64,000 nucleotides of DNA, from positions 35,027 through 99,026 of the forward strand of contig NZ_CAWURG010000037.1 in assembly GCF_963924895.1 (NCBI RefSeq), in the 5' to 3' direction. The notes beneath the pieces are model-generated. The model made no database searches and was not told where the DNA came from. It saw only the letters and a program-made list of their open reading frames with translations. Positions 38,156 to 50,920 of this stretch are shown here, piece after piece. The DNA is from an uncultured Sphaerotilus sp. (GTDB lineage Bacteria > Pseudomonadota > Gammaproteobacteria > Burkholderiales > Burkholderiaceae_C). The position numbers and the translations under genes were made by a program. Numbering within the stretch: the first letter of the stretch is position 1; every line of letters starts with the position of its first letter.

Positions 38156-38857
38156 ATGGGGTCGACTAGGAGCGAGGTCGCCGACGGACTGCGTCCGGTG
38201 CGGGTCTGGGACTGGCCGACACGCCTGTTCCACTGGGGGCTGGCGCTGTGTGTCGTCGGGGCCGTGGTCAGCGCCAAGGTGGGCGGCAATGCAATGGAGT
38301 GGCACTTCCGGCTCGGGCTGGCGGTGCTGGCGCTGCTGGTGTTCCGCCTGATCTGGGGCGTGGTCGGCGGGCGCTGGTCGCGGTTCGCCAGCTTCCTCCA
38401 TGCACCGGGCACCTTGCTGCGTTACGTGCGTGGTCAGGCCGGGCCGCAGGACCTGCTGGACGTCGGCCACAGCCCCACCGGGGCGCTGTCGGTGTTCGCG
38501 CTGCTCGGGCTGCTGGCGCTCCAGGTGTCGACCGGGCTGGTGGCCGATGACGAGATCGCCAGCACCGGGCCGCTGATCCGCTTCGTCGAGTCGACCACCT
38601 CGCTGGCGGCGACTTCGTGGCACAAGTCCTGGGGCCAGTGGCTGCTGCTGGGGCTGGTGCTGCTGCATGTGGCGGCGATCGCTGTCTACCAGCTGGTGTA
38701 CGGACGCGATCTGGTCACGCCGATGCTGGTGGGCGACAAGCCGCTGCCGCCCGACGTGCCGGCGTCGGCCGACCACGCTGGCCGCTGGGTGCTGGCGCTG
38801 ATCGCCTTGTCACTGGGTGTTGCACTGGCGTTGTGGGTGCAGGCGCAGGGCGGCTAG
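38156..38857 (+). CDS. Cytochrome b561-family membrane protein
   Basis: PTRLFHWGLALCVVGA ... WHFRLGLAVLALLVFRLIWG ... HSPTGALSV ... WHKSWGQWLLLGLVLLHVAAI shows conserved His residues in TM helices. ATG 38156 follows a GAGGT RBS; the track starts at 38141. Confidence 0.75.
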   Translation: MGSTRSEVADGLRPVRVWDWPTRLFHWGLALCVVGAVVSAKVGGNAMEWHFRLGLAVLALLVFRLIWGVVGGRWSRFASFLHAPGTLLRYVRGQAGPQDLLDVGHSPTGALSVFALLGLLALQVSTGLVADDEIASTGPLIRFVESTTSLAATSWHKSWGQWLLLGLVLLHVAAIAVYQLVYGRDLVTPMLVGDKPLPPDVPASADHAGRWVLALIALSLGVALALWVQAQGG

Positions 38858-38866
38858 ACTGCGGCC

Positions 38867-39376
38867 ATGCACGTCCCCGAGACCCGCCTGATCGTGCCGG
38901 ACACCCCGGCGCTGATCGAGGCCACGCGCGCCATCTTCCGCGAATACGCCGCCAGTCTGGCGGTCGATCTCTCGTTCCAGGGTTTCGACCAGGAATTGCG
39001 GGACCTCCCAGGGGAGTACGCCGAGCCCAACGGCTGCCTGCTGCTGGCGCTGGTCGATGGCGCGGTGGCTGGTTGCGGCGCCTACCGCCGCGTCACCGAC
39101 GTCGATTACCCGAACGCCTGCGAGATGAAGCGGCTCTACGTGCGCCGGGCCTTCCGCCGCTTCGGTCTGGGGCGGCAGGTGGCGCAGGCGCTCATCGACG
39201 ATGCCCGCCGGGCCCGCTATTCGTCGATGCTGCTCGACACGCTCGACGACATGGAGGCGGCGCGCGAGCTGTATGCGTCGCTGGGCTTCGTGGAGGTGCC
39301 GCCGTTCTACTTCAATCCGCTGCCCGGTGCGCATTACCTCTGCGTCGACCTCGACGGTGCACACAGCCGCTACTGA
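38867..39376 (+). CDS. GNAT family N-acetyltransferase
   Basis: 169 aa. Acetyl-CoA binding region MKRLYVRRAFRRFGLGRQVAQALI. Confidence 0.8.
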   Translation: MHVPETRLIVPDTPALIEATRAIFREYAASLAVDLSFQGFDQELRDLPGEYAEPNGCLLLALVDGAVAGCGAYRRVTDVDYPNACEMKRLYVRRAFRRFGLGRQVAQALIDDARRARYSSMLLDTLDDMEAARELYASLGFVEVPPFYFNPLPGAHYLCVDLDGAHSRY

Positions 39377-39468
39377 ACGCTGAACGCACCCGCGGCCGGC
39401 CGGGTTACAGCGCGGTACGGCGTTAGCATCGCGGCCCGATTTTGACCACTTCCACCAAGCGAGCCGCC

Positions 39469-40368
39469 ATGGATGCCGACCTGATCCACGCTGTCAGTCC
39501 CCCCTGCCTGCTGGGCGAATCGCCGATGTGGCACCCGCAGGAGCAGGCGCTCTACTGGTGCGACATTCCCGGCCGCCGCCTGCACCGACTGGATCCGGCC
39601 TCGGGCGAGACCCGGCAGTGGGACTTCCCCGTCGAGCCGGCCAGCTGTGCGCCCGTTCTGGGTGGCGGATTGCTGCTGGCGATGCGCGACGGACTGTGGC
39701 GCTTCGACCCGGCCTCCGGTACCCGCAGCCTGCTGGCCCGGCCGCCCTATGACCCGGCGACCGAGCGGTTCAACGATGGCAAGTGCGACCCGCAGGGACG
39801 GTTCTGGGTCGGCACCATCTACGAGCCGCGCGATCCGCCGCTGGCGGCCCTGTACTGCTGGGACCGGGGGGCGCTCGTTCGCCGGGCGGACGGCATCACG
39901 GTGTCCAACGGACTCGCCTGGAGCCTGGATGGCCGGACGATGTACTGGTCCGACACCAAGGCGCACACGGTGTTCGCCTTCGATTTCGACCCGGCGGATG
40001 GCGGACTGTCGGGGCGGCGCGTCTTCAGGACCTTTGCGCTGCGCGAGGCGGGGCAGTCGCTGGACACCTATGGCGGACGGCCGGACGGCGCGGCGGTCGA
40101 TGTCGAAGGTTGCTACTGGGTGGCGATGTTCGAGGGGCAGCGGCTGTTGCGCCTGTCGCCGCAAGGCGAGGTGTTGCGCGAGGTGCGTCTGCCGGTGCGC
40201 TGCCCGACGATGCCGTGTTTTGGTGGCGCGGATCTGAAGACGCTCTATGTCACCACGGCGCGCGAGAAGCGTCCGGCGGAAGAGCTGGCGTTGGAGCCGC
40301 TGGCCGGGTGCGTGCTGGCCTTCCGGGTGGAGGTACCCGGTCTTCCGGTGCACCTGTCCGGGGGCTGA
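39469..40368 (+). CDS. SMP-30/gluconolactonase/LRE family protein
   Basis: LLGESPMWHPQEQALYWCDI ... NDGKCDPQGRFWVGT ... SNGLAWSLDGRTMYWSDT ... PDGAAVDVEGCYWVA is a six-bladed propeller lactonase signature. The first ATG is 39469; the track starts at TTG 39442. Confidence 0.8.
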   Translation: MDADLIHAVSPPCLLGESPMWHPQEQALYWCDIPGRRLHRLDPASGETRQWDFPVEPASCAPVLGGGLLLAMRDGLWRFDPASGTRSLLARPPYDPATERFNDGKCDPQGRFWVGTIYEPRDPPLAALYCWDRGALVRRADGITVSNGLAWSLDGRTMYWSDTKAHTVFAFDFDPADGGLSGRRVFRTFALREAGQSLDTYGGRPDGAAVDVEGCYWVAMFEGQRLLRLSPQGEVLREVRLPVRCPTMPCFGGADLKTLYVTTAREKRPAEELALEPLAGCVLAFRVEVPGLPVHLSGG

Positions 40369-40610
40369 ATGCCCAACGCCGGTGCGCCACCGGTGCAAGC
40401 GCTGCGTCAATGAACTTGAGCACAATCCGCCACTGGTCAGTCATGCAGTTCGCTGTGGCGTGATGGCTTGCACGTCCGGTCGAGTGTTGCTTTGGACGCA
40501 CGTTTTGGGTGCACTGACGCGCCAATGCATCGTTTGGTCGGCGAAGGGCAAAGCAGTGGGGGTTTCCACGTATAATTCGATGGTTTTGCCGCAACTGCTC
40601 GTCAACAAAC

Positions 40611-41123
40611 GTGAATCAGCGCACACCCATGCACAACGGCTTGCGCACTGATTCGGATGACGGTGCATCTGAGGCTGACGAAACAGAATTCAAGAGTCTG
40701 ACGCGAGAAGAGGCGCAAGCCCTTCGAGCCCGACTCCCGCTGGTGTCTCCGTGGCGGGTGGTTGCTGCGCAAGCAGCAGTCGGTCTGGTGATGGCCGCTG
40801 TTTTCGGCGGTTTCATCGGGACGGGGGCGGCGGCTTGGTCTGCGTTGTATGGCGCAGCCACCGTGGTGGTGCCAACGGCCTTGCTGGCGCGTGGCATGGC
40901 CCGGGTGAGCCAGCTGTCGGAGGTGAAGGCGAATGTTGCGGCATTCAACTTCATGTTCTGGGAGTTCTTGAAAATTGGTGTCTCGGTGGTCATGCTGGCT
41001 GCCGCGGCAAAAGTCGTGCCGGACCTGAACTGGCCAGCCATGCTGGTCACGCTGGTCGTGTGCATGAAGATGAATTGGCTGGCCCTGCTATGGCAGGGTC
41101 GGGTGACAACCACTCGGTCTTAA
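40611..41123 (+). CDS. atpI: ATP synthase protein I
   Basis: Small hydrophobic protein directly upstream of atpB with a typical AtpI topology. The start is uncertain: GTG 40611 or ATG 40629. Confidence 0.65.
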   Translation: MNQRTPMHNGLRTDSDDGASEADETEFKSLTREEAQALRARLPLVSPWRVVAAQAAVGLVMAAVFGGFIGTGAAAWSALYGAATVVVPTALLARGMARVSQLSEVKANVAAFNFMFWEFLKIGVSVVMLAAAAKVVPDLNWPAMLVTLVVCMKMNWLALLWQGRVTTTRS

Positions 41124-41150
41124 GACAAGACACACGTTCGAGAGAAGACG

Positions 41151-42424
<1,274 letters not shown>

Positions 42425-42429
42425 TCGGT

Positions 42430-42465
42430 CTTTCTCGTCGTACGTCATCCCCCTAAACGAGAAAG
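42430..42465 (+). other. Hairpin in the atpE-atpF intergenic region
   Basis: CTTTCTCGT - 18 nt - ACGAGAAAG, with perfect 9-bp arms, lies between the c-subunit stop and the b-subunit GTG start. Confidence 0.4.
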
Positions 42466-42474
42466 GTCGAAGCC

Positions 42475-42945
42475 GTGAATCTGAACGCAACACTGTTGGC
42501 GCAGATCGTGGTCTTCGTGATCCTGTGGTGGTTCACGATGAAATTCGTGTGGCCACCGATCACGAAAGCGCTAGACGATCGGGCCAAGCTGGTCGCGAGC
42601 GGTCTGGCTGCGGCCGACAAGGCCAAGCTGGAACTGGCAGGCGCTAACAAGCGCGTCGAGGAACAGCTGGCTCAATCGCGCAACGAGACCGCCAAGCTGC
42701 TGTCAGACGCCGAAAAGCGTGGCCAGGCCATCGTCGACGAAGCCAAGCGTCGTGCCGAGGAGGAGGGCGCCAAGATCGTCGCCGCCGCCAAGGCTGAAGC
42801 AGACCAGCAGGCCATCCAGGCCCGCGAAGTCCTGCGCGACCAGGTCGCCGTCCTGGCTGTCAAGGGTGCAGAGCAAATCCTCAAGCGTGAAGTCAACGCC
42901 GGCGTCCACGCCGACCTGCTGACCCGCCTGAAGACGGAGCTGTAA
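42475..42945 (+). CDS. atpF: F0F1 ATP synthase subunit b
   Basis: 156 aa. GTG start, an N-terminal TM ([19 protein letters not shown]), then a long charged helix. Confidence 0.92.
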   Translation: MNLNATLLAQIVVFVILWWFTMKFVWPPITKALDDRAKLVASGLAAADKAKLELAGANKRVEEQLAQSRNETAKLLSDAEKRGQAIVDEAKRRAEEEGAKIVAAAKAEADQQAIQAREVLRDQVAVLAVKGAEQILKREVNAGVHADLLTRLKTEL

Positions 42946-42947
42946 CC

Positions 42948-43481
42948 ATGGCCGAACTCACTACCATCGCACGCCCCTACGCCGAAGCGCTCTACCAAGT
43001 GGCCCGCAAGGGCGACGTGGCGGCCTGGGGCAAGCAGATCGAGGCTCTGTCCCAAGTGGCTCAGAACCAGCTAGTGCGCCAGTTCGCCGACAGCCCCAAG
43101 GCGTCGGACGATCAGGTGGTCGATCTGGTCACCACCGCTGCACAGCTTCCGCTGGATGCCGGTGTGCAGAATTTTCTGCGCACGCTGGTGGCCAATGGTC
43201 GCCTCGTGGCACTGCCGGCGATCGCCGAGCAGTTCCACGCGCTGGTCAACGCCTCCTCTGGCGTCGCCGATGCCGTGATCTACAGTCCCTACCCGATCGA
43301 GCCGGCCCAGCTGGCAGACGTCGTGTCGAGTCTGGAGAAGCGCTTCGGACGAAAGCTTTCGGCCAGCGTCAAGCTGGAGCCGGAGCTGATCGGCGGCATC
43401 CGCGTGGTGGTGGGCGACGAGGTGCTCGACACCTCCGTCAAGGCCCGACTGGAACGCATGAAGGTGGCGCTGAGCGCTTGA
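42948..43481 (+). CDS. atpH: F0F1 ATP synthase subunit delta
   Basis: 177 aa. [14 protein letters not shown]-terminus and operon position. Confidence 0.92.
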   Translation: MAELTTIARPYAEALYQVARKGDVAAWGKQIEALSQVAQNQLVRQFADSPKASDDQVVDLVTTAAQLPLDAGVQNFLRTLVANGRLVALPAIAEQFHALVNASSGVADAVIYSPYPIEPAQLADVVSSLEKRFGRKLSASVKLEPELIGGIRVVVGDEVLDTSVKARLERMKVALSA

Positions 43482-43578
43482 GGCTTATGTACAGGCGCGT
43501 GACGACACGCATCGAATTCATCCCTGCGTCACGTCTGCCCTCTGCAAAGAGGCCGCTTGACCAGACTGGGAGCAAGCA

Positions 43579-45117
43579 ATGCAACTGAATCCCGCAGAAA
43601 TTTCCGAACTGATCAAGAGCCGTATCGAGGGCCTCGGCGTCGCCGCAGACATTCGCAACCAGGGTACCGTGGTGTCGGTGACGGACGGTATCGTCCGCGT
43701 CCACGGCCTGAGCGATGCCATGCAAGGCGAAATGCTCGAGTTCCCGGGCAACGTCTTCGGTCTGGCCCTGAACCTGGAGCGCGACTCCGTCGGCGCCGTG
43801 ATCCTGGGCGAGTACGAAGGCATCTCCGAGGGCGACACGGTCAAGTGCACCGGCCGCATCCTGGAAGTGCCCGTCGGCCCGGAGCTGCTTGGCCGCGTGG
43901 TCAACGCGCTCGGTCAGCCGATCGACGGCAAAGGCCCGATCAACGCCAAGATGACGGACGTCATCGAGAAGGTCGCTCCGGGCGTGATCGCCCGGAAGTC
44001 GGTCGACCAGCCGGTGCAGACCGGTCTGAAGTCGATCGACTCGATGGTGCCGGTCGGCCGTGGTCAGCGCGAGCTGATCATTGGTGACCGCCAGACCGGC
44101 AAGACCGCCGTGGCCATCGACGCGATCATCAACCAGAAGGGCCAGAACATGGCCTGCATCTACGTCGCGATCGGCCAGAAGGCTTCGTCGATCAAGAACG
44201 TGGTGCGCTCGCTGGAAGCCGCTGGCGCGATGGACTACACCATCGTCGTCGCTGCGTCGGCGTCGGAATCGGCCGCCATGCAGTACGTGTCCGCCTACAC
44301 CGGCTGCACGATGGGCGAGTACTTCCGCGACCGTGGCGAAGACGCCCTGATCGTGTATGACGACCTGTCCAAGCAGGCTGTGGCCTACCGCCAGGTGTCG
44401 CTGCTGCTGCGCCGTCCTCCGGGCCGCGAAGCCTTCCCCGGCGACGTGTTCTATCTCCACAGCCGCCTGCTCGAGCGCGCAGCCCGCGTGAATGCCGACT
44501 ACGTCGAAGCGTTCACCAAGGGTGCCGTCAAGGGCAAGACCGGTTCGCTGACGGCCCTGCCGATCATCGAAACGCAAGCTGGTGACGTGTCCGCCTTCGT
44601 TCCGACCAACGTGATCTCGATCACCGACGGCCAGATCTTTCTGGAAACCAGCCTGTTCAACGCCGGCATCCGCCCCGCCATCAACGCCGGTATCTCGGTG
44701 TCGCGTGTGGGTTCGGCGGCACAGACCAAGCTGATCAAGGGCCTGTCCGGCGGTATCCGTACCGACCTGGCGCAGTACCGTGAGCTGGCCGCGTTCGCGC
44801 AGTTCGCTTCGGACCTGGACGAGTCCACCCGCAAGCAGCTCGACCGTGGCGCCCGCGTCACCGAACTGCTCAAGCAGGCGCAGTACTCGCCCCAGCCGAT
44901 CAGCCTCATGGCTGCCACGCTGTACTCGGTCAACAAGGGCTTCATGGACGACATCGCAGTCAAGAGGATTCTTGCCTTCGAAAGCGGCCTGCACCAGTAC
45001 CTGAAGACCAGCCACGGCGCGCTGCTGAAGAAGCTCGAAGACAACAAGGCCATGGACAAGGACGCGGAAGCCGAGCTGCAAGGCGCGATCGCTGCGTTCA
45101 AGAAGTCCTTCGCCTAA
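43579..45117 (+). CDS. atpA: F0F1 ATP synthase subunit alpha
   Basis: 512 aa. Walker [12 protein letters not shown]. Confidence 0.97.
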   Translation: MQLNPAEISELIKSRIEGLGVAADIRNQGTVVSVTDGIVRVHGLSDAMQGEMLEFPGNVFGLALNLERDSVGAVILGEYEGISEGDTVKCTGRILEVPVGPELLGRVVNALGQPIDGKGPINAKMTDVIEKVAPGVIARKSVDQPVQTGLKSIDSMVPVGRGQRELIIGDRQTGKTAVAIDAIINQKGQNMACIYVAIGQKASSIKNVVRSLEAAGAMDYTIVVAASASESAAMQYVSAYTGCTMGEYFRDRGEDALIVYDDLSKQAVAYRQVSLLLRRPPGREAFPGDVFYLHSRLLERAARVNADYVEAFTKGAVKGKTGSLTALPIIETQAGDVSAFVPTNVISITDGQIFLETSLFNAGIRPAINAGISVSRVGSAAQTKLIKGLSGGIRTDLAQYRELAAFAQFASDLDESTRKQLDRGARVTELLKQAQYSPQPISLMAATLYSVNKGFMDDIAVKRILAFESGLHQYLKTSHGALLKKLEDNKAMDKDAEAELQGAIAAFKKSFA

Positions 45118-45132
45118 GCCAGGAGCATCGTC

Positions 45133-46014
45133 ATGGCGGCAGGCAAGGAAATACGCGGCAAGATCAAATCGGTGGAGAACACCAGGAAGATCACCAAGGC
45201 CATGGAAATGGTGGCCGCGTCCAAGATGCGCAAGGCGCAGGAACGCATGCGCGCGGCTCGTCCGTACGCTGACAAGATCCGCAACATCACGGCCAACCTG
45301 TCGCGTGCGACCCCGGAGTACCACCATCCGTTCGTCGTCAAGAACAGCGGCACGGGTGCGGTGGGCGTCATCGTCGTCACGACCGACAAGGGCTTGTGCG
45401 GCGGGATGAACACCAACGTGCTGCGGGCGGTGACGACCAAGCTGCGTGAGTTCGAAGGCGCCAGCACCAAGGTGCAGGCGGTCGCGATCGGCAACAAGGG
45501 GTTCACCTTCCTGAACCGCGTCGGCGTCAAGGTCGTGTCGCATGTCACCCACCTCGGTGACACGCCACACCTCGACAAGCTGATCGGTCCGGTCAAGGTG
45601 CTGCTCGACCAGTACGCCGAAGGCAAGCTGGACGCTGTCTACCTCTGCTACACCCGCTTCCTCAACACGATGAAGCAGGAACCGCAGATCGAGCAGTTGC
45701 TGCCCCTGGCGGCCGAGCGTCTGGAGCAGTCGGCGAGCGAGAAGCAGGCCCACGGCTGGGACTACCTCTACGAGCCGGACGCCCAGTCGGTCATCGATGA
45801 CCTGATGGTGCGTTACGCCGAGGCCCTGGTGTTCCAGGCGGTGGCCGAGAACATGGCGTCCGAGCAATCGGCGCGCATGGTGGCCATGAAGGCCGCGACC
45901 GACAACGCCGGCACGCTGATCAACGACCTGAAGCTGGTCTACAACAAGACCCGTCAGGCCGCGATCACCAAGGAACTCTCCGAGATTGTCAGCGGTGCGG
46001 CGGCGGTGGGTTGA
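45133..46014 (+). CDS. atpG: F0F1 ATP synthase subunit gamma
   Basis: 293 aa. [32 protein letters not shown], and the C-terminal [15 protein letters not shown]. Confidence 0.96.
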   Translation: MAAGKEIRGKIKSVENTRKITKAMEMVAASKMRKAQERMRAARPYADKIRNITANLSRATPEYHHPFVVKNSGTGAVGVIVVTTDKGLCGGMNTNVLRAVTTKLREFEGASTKVQAVAIGNKGFTFLNRVGVKVVSHVTHLGDTPHLDKLIGPVKVLLDQYAEGKLDAVYLCYTRFLNTMKQEPQIEQLLPLAAERLEQSASEKQAHGWDYLYEPDAQSVIDDLMVRYAEALVFQAVAENMASEQSARMVAMKAATDNAGTLINDLKLVYNKTRQAAITKELSEIVSGAAAVG

Positions 46015-47490
<1,476 letters not shown>

Positions 47491-47568
47491 ACCCCGGTGG
47501 GCGGCGCACCGCAAGGCGCTCCGCCCCTGGTTTGCTGACTCCTCTTCAACCCCCTCAGAAGGAAGAAC

Positions 47569-47985
47569 ATGGCAACGATCCACGTTGACGTCGTTTCGGC
47601 AGAAAAATCGATCTTCTCGGGTGAAGCGAAGTTCGTCGCGCTGCCGGGTGAGAACGGCGAACTGGGCATCCTGCCCCGCCACACGCCGCTGATCACCCGC
47701 ATCCGCCCCGGTGCGGTGCGCATCGAGCGCGCCGACAACGGTGAAGAAGAGTTCGTGTTCGTGGCTGGCGGCATTCTCGAAGTGCAGCCGGACCGCGTGA
47801 CCGTGCTGGCCGACACCGCGATCCGCGGTCACGACCTCGACGAAGCCAAGGCTGTCGAAGCCAAGCGCATCGCCGAGGAAGCGATGAAGAACGCCAAGAG
47901 CGACATCGACCTGGCCCGTGCCCAGGGCGAGTTCGCTGCCATGGCTGCCCAGATCGCCGCGATCCAGAAGTTCCGCCGCAAGTAA
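47569..47985 (+). CDS. atpC: F0F1 ATP synthase subunit epsilon
   Basis: 138 aa. [35 protein letters not shown]. Confidence 0.95.
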   Translation: MATIHVDVVSAEKSIFSGEAKFVALPGENGELGILPRHTPLITRIRPGAVRIERADNGEEEFVFVAGGILEVQPDRVTVLADTAIRGHDLDEAKAVEAKRIAEEAMKNAKSDIDLARAQGEFAAMAAQIAAIQKFRRK

Positions 47986-48014
47986 GCAGCTCCGCTGCCC
48001 GACGCGCACCACCA

Positions 48015-48045
48015 AGCCCGCCCAGGTTCACGCCTGAGGCGGGTT
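48015..48045. terminator. Hairpin between convergent atpC and the TPM gene (possible bidirectional terminator)
   Basis: AGCCCGCCCAGG ... CCTGAGGCGGGTTT forms a GC-rich stem with one bulge. It is followed by only a short T run. Confidence 0.4.
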
Positions 48046-48091
48046 TGGTCCGTCTGGTCTTGGATGGGCGCCGGCTTGGCGGTCCGCTGTT

Positions 48092-48658
48092 TCAGCGCAG
48101 ATCGACCTGGTTGGGCAGTTCGTTGGGATTGCGCTGGTCGCCGCGCACCGGAAACCAGTGGCGCAGCGCCTCGTCGAGTGCGGCGATGGTCTGCTGCAGC
48201 GCGGTTTCATGCTGGCCCTGGCGCAGCAGCGGCTCCATGGCGGCAATCAGTGCCTGCCACTGGTCCGGGTCGATGTGCCGGTGCAGCCCGCGGTCGGCGA
48301 CGATCTCCACCGCGCGGTCGGCCAGCAGCAGATAGACGAGCACGCCGTTGTTCTGCTCCGTGTCCCAGACCCGCAGCTTGCCGAACATCGACAGCGCCCG
48401 CTCCCGCGGACTGGCGCCTTCGCGCAGGTAGCGCCACGGCAGCGCGGCCTCGACGCACAGCCGGATCTCGCCGCTGTGGTGCAGCTCGCTCGCGGTGATG
48501 CGTGCTTCGAGGCGGGCGAGGGCCTCGGCGTCGAGCACGTGGGTGATGTCCGCGCGGTCGGACCAGAGGTGCCGGAGCCACTGGCGCCAGGGGCGGTGAA
48601 ATCGGACGGTGGATCGATCGGTGGACATGTCGTGTGCGGCCTGTCGTGTCTTGTTCAT
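48092..48658 (-). CDS. TPM-domain protein (cytoplasmic type), third gene of the lemA module
   Basis: ARITASELHHSGEIRLCVE ... WDTEQNNGVLVYLLLADRAVEIVADRG fits the TPM (TLP18.3/Psb32/MOLO-1) phosphatase-like fold. The start is 48658 or 48628. The track's 48808 start overlaps the upstream gene. Confidence 0.7.
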   Translation of the reverse strand: MNKTRQAAHDMSTDRSTVRFHRPWRQWLRHLWSDRADITHVLDAEALARLEARITASELHHSGEIRLCVEAALPWRYLREGASPRERALSMFGKLRVWDTEQNNGVLVYLLLADRAVEIVADRGLHRHIDPDQWQALIAAMEPLLRQGQHETALQQTIAALDEALRHWFPVRGDQRNPNELPNQVDLR

Positions 48659-48665
48659 GGAGCGT

Positions 48666-49595
48666 TCACCAGCCGCCGGACGCACCGCCGCCGCCAAAAT
48701 CGCCCCCGCCACCGGACGAGAATCCGCCGCCACCAGAGCCGCCACCGCGGCCCCAGCCACCCCCACCGCCGCCGCCCCAGCCGCCAGGCATCGGCAGAGA
48801 CCGGCCACGGCTGACGCTCGGCGAGATGAAGCTCATCACGCCCAACACCAGCGCGACGACCAGCCCGACGACCGCTGCCAGACCGGCGACCGCCAGACTG
48901 GTCGTCATCAGCCAGGTGAGGCCACCCGCGCCGGCGCTGGTCAGCAGCGGGCCGAGCTTGCGCCCGAAGATCCCGACCAGCGCGCGCGCGAACATCGGCA
49001 GCATGACCACCGTCAGCAGGATCCACATCATCGGGTCCGGGCCGTCCTGGGCGCTGCCGCCCTGGTCGGAGGCCGATGGTGCGGGCAGCCCTTCGCCCTT
49101 GATCAATCCCCCCAGCACGCGCACCGCCGACGACAGGCCGCCCGCGTAGTCGCCCTGGCGGAAGGCCGGCGTGATCTGCTCGTTGATGACCCGCTTGGCC
49201 ATCAGGTCCGGGATGGCGCCTTCGAGTGTCTTGGCCACCTCGATGCGCACCTTGCGGTCCTGCGTGGCCACGACGATCAGCAGTCCGTCGCCCACCGTGC
49301 GGCGACCGATCTTCCAGGTGTCGCCCACGCGCTGCGCATAGGCGGCGATGTCCTCGGGCTGCGTGCTGCGCACGAGCAGGACCACCACCTGCGAGCCCGC
49401 TTCCCGCTCCAGCGCGGCCAGCTGGGCCACCAGGGCCTGGCGCTGCTCGGGCTGGAGCGTGCCGGTCTGGTCGATCACCCGGTCGGTGAGGGCGGGCACG
49501 GGCTGGATGTCCTGGGCATGGCTGCCAAAGGCCAGCAGCAGCCACAGTCCGAACGCGAACAGACCTCGCAGCAAGGCAGTCATGGCGTGCGACAA
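48666..49595 (-). CDS. TPM-domain protein, YgcG-like (signal peptide, TPM domain, TM segments, Gly-rich tail)
   Basis: 309 aa. Signal peptide, then LTDRVIDQTGTLQPEQRQALVAQLAALEREAGSQVVVLLV (TPM), then hydrophobic segments, and the C-terminus GGWGGGGGGGWGRGGGSGGGGFSSGGGGDFGGGGASGGW. Confidence 0.75.
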   Translation of the reverse strand: MSHAMTALLRGLFAFGLWLLLAFGSHAQDIQPVPALTDRVIDQTGTLQPEQRQALVAQLAALEREAGSQVVVLLVRSTQPEDIAAYAQRVGDTWKIGRRTVGDGLLIVVATQDRKVRIEVAKTLEGAIPDLMAKRVINEQITPAFRQGDYAGGLSSAVRVLGGLIKGEGLPAPSASDQGGSAQDGPDPMMWILLTVVMLPMFARALVGIFGRKLGPLLTSAGAGGLTWLMTTSLAVAGLAAVVGLVVALVLGVMSFISPSVSRGRSLPMPGGWGGGGGGGWGRGGGSGGGGFSSGGGGDFGGGGASGGW

Positions 49596-49604
49596 AGGTT
49601 TGGC

Positions 49605-50225
49605 TTACTTGGCCGCGGGCTTGTCGAAGCTCACGGCGGGCGGCAGGCTGATCTGCGCCTCGTTGGCCACGGCCAGATTCGGCTTGACCTCGTAGTGGAA
49701 GACCATCGCCGTCAGGTTGGTCGGGAAGCTGCGGGCCAGCACGTTGTATTCCTGCACCGTCTTGATGTAGCGGTTGCGCGCCACGGTGATGCGGTTCTCG
49801 GTGCCTTCGAGCTGCACACGCAGGTCCTGGAAGCCCTGGTTGGCCTTCAGGTTGGGGTAGTTCTCGGTCACGACCAGCAAGCGGCTCAGCGCGCCACTCA
49901 GTTCACCCTGCGCGGCCTGGAACTTCTTGAACGCCTCGGGGTTGTTGATCAGCTCCGGCGTGGCCTGGATGCTGGTCGCCTTGGCACGGGCCTCGACGAC
50001 CTTGGTGAGGGTGTCCTGCTCGAAGCCGGCTTCGCCCTTGACGGTGGCGACGAGGTTGGGCACGAGGTCGGCACGGCGCTGGTACTGGTTCAGCACCTCG
50101 GACCAGCTGCCCTTCACATCCTCGTCCAGCTTCTGGAAATCGTTGTAGCCGCAGCCGGTCAGCGCCACGAGGGCCAGCACGCCGGCGAGTCGGCGCATCC
50201 AAGTACCAAATTGTTCCAACGCCAT
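49605..50225 (-). CDS. lemA: LemA family protein
   Basis: 206 aa. N-terminal lipoprotein-like anchor (LVALTGCGYN), then WSEVLNQYQRRADLVPNLV ... NYPNLKANQGFQDLRVQLEGTENRITVARNRY. GGAGG RBS. Confidence 0.9.
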   Translation of the reverse strand: MALEQFGTWMRRLAGVLALVALTGCGYNDFQKLDEDVKGSWSEVLNQYQRRADLVPNLVATVKGEAGFEQDTLTKVVEARAKATSIQATPELINNPEAFKKFQAAQGELSGALSRLLVVTENYPNLKANQGFQDLRVQLEGTENRITVARNRYIKTVQEYNVLARSFPTNLTAMVFHYEVKPNLAVANEAQISLPPAVSFDKPAAK

Positions 50226-50412
50226 GATGCGTGCGCCTCCTAGACAGTGATGGGGTGGTGATGCGGTGTGTGGTGCGTGTGTGTAGGCACTGAACTGTGT
50301 CGTATTTCACGGCGTTGCACACAGTGGTGAGCTTACCTCAGTGCCATCAAGGGAGACCAGTGCTCCAGGATGGGGAGTTGAAGCGTGCTCGGACTGGAAA
50401 TCTGATCCGGGG

Positions 50413-50444
50413 TGCTCATTTGGCCTATCATGGATGCTCATTTG
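50413..50444 (+). promoter_or_regulatory. Direct repeat TGCTCATTTG x2 flanking a TATCAT -10-like box; candidate operator/promoter of the Xre-RES operon
   Basis: Identical 10-mers at 50413-50422 and 50435-50444, a 22-bp period, with TATCAT at 50426-50431. The second repeat ends 14 nt before the antitoxin ATG. Confidence 0.35.
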
Positions 50445-50458
50445 AGTAGGTTTAGCCC

Positions 50459-50920
50459 ATGCCCATCCTTCCCGCCGACAACTTGCCGACCGCCTGGAAC
50501 TTCACCAGCACCTTCGACCTCGACCCGATCGAGCGCGTGCGGCTCATCAAGCAGGGCGCGCCGGCCACCGTCCCTGGCGTGATGGCCCGGCGCATGGGCA
50601 TGAGCAAGGAGCGGCTGTACGCCACGCTCGGCCTGCCCCGTGCCACGGTCGAGCGCAAGGCCAGCCATGCGCAGTTGCTGTCGCCGGACGAGAGCGCGCG
50701 CGTGCTCGGCATCAGCCGCTTGATCGGGCAGGTGCAACGCATGGTCGAGGCCTCGGGGCAGGCCGAGGGGTTCGATGCCGCCGGCTGGGTGGCCCGCTGG
50801 CTGGAGCGGCCACTGCCCGCGCTCGATGGGCTGGCGCCGGCCACGCTCATGGACACCAGCGAGGGCCAGCAACTCGTCGCCAACCTGCTCAGCCGCGCCC
50901 AGACTGGCGCCTACGCATGA
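50459..50920 (+). CDS. Type II antitoxin, Xre-like / ParS-MbcA family (DUF2384 toxin-binding domain)
   Basis: 153 aa. LSPDESARVLGISRLIGQVQRMV ... AAGWVARWLERPLPALDGLAPATLMDTSEGQQLVANLL is the C-terminal RES-neutralising domain. The stop overlaps the RES gene start (ATGA). Confidence 0.8.
   Translation: MPILPADNLPTAWNFTSTFDLDPIERVRLIKQGAPATVPGVMARRMGMSKERLYATLGLPRATVERKASHAQLLSPDESARVLGISRLIGQVQRMVEASGQAEGFDAAGWVARWLERPLPALDGLAPATLMDTSEGQQLVANLLSRAQTGAYA

Noticed and set aside
48669-48800. Repetitive GGN/CCN-rich DNA that looks like a tandem repeat or spacer-repeat array
   Set aside because: It is the coding sequence of the Gly-rich C-terminal tail of the YgcG-like TPM protein. It has no regular repeat-spacer periodicity, so it is not a CRISPR array.
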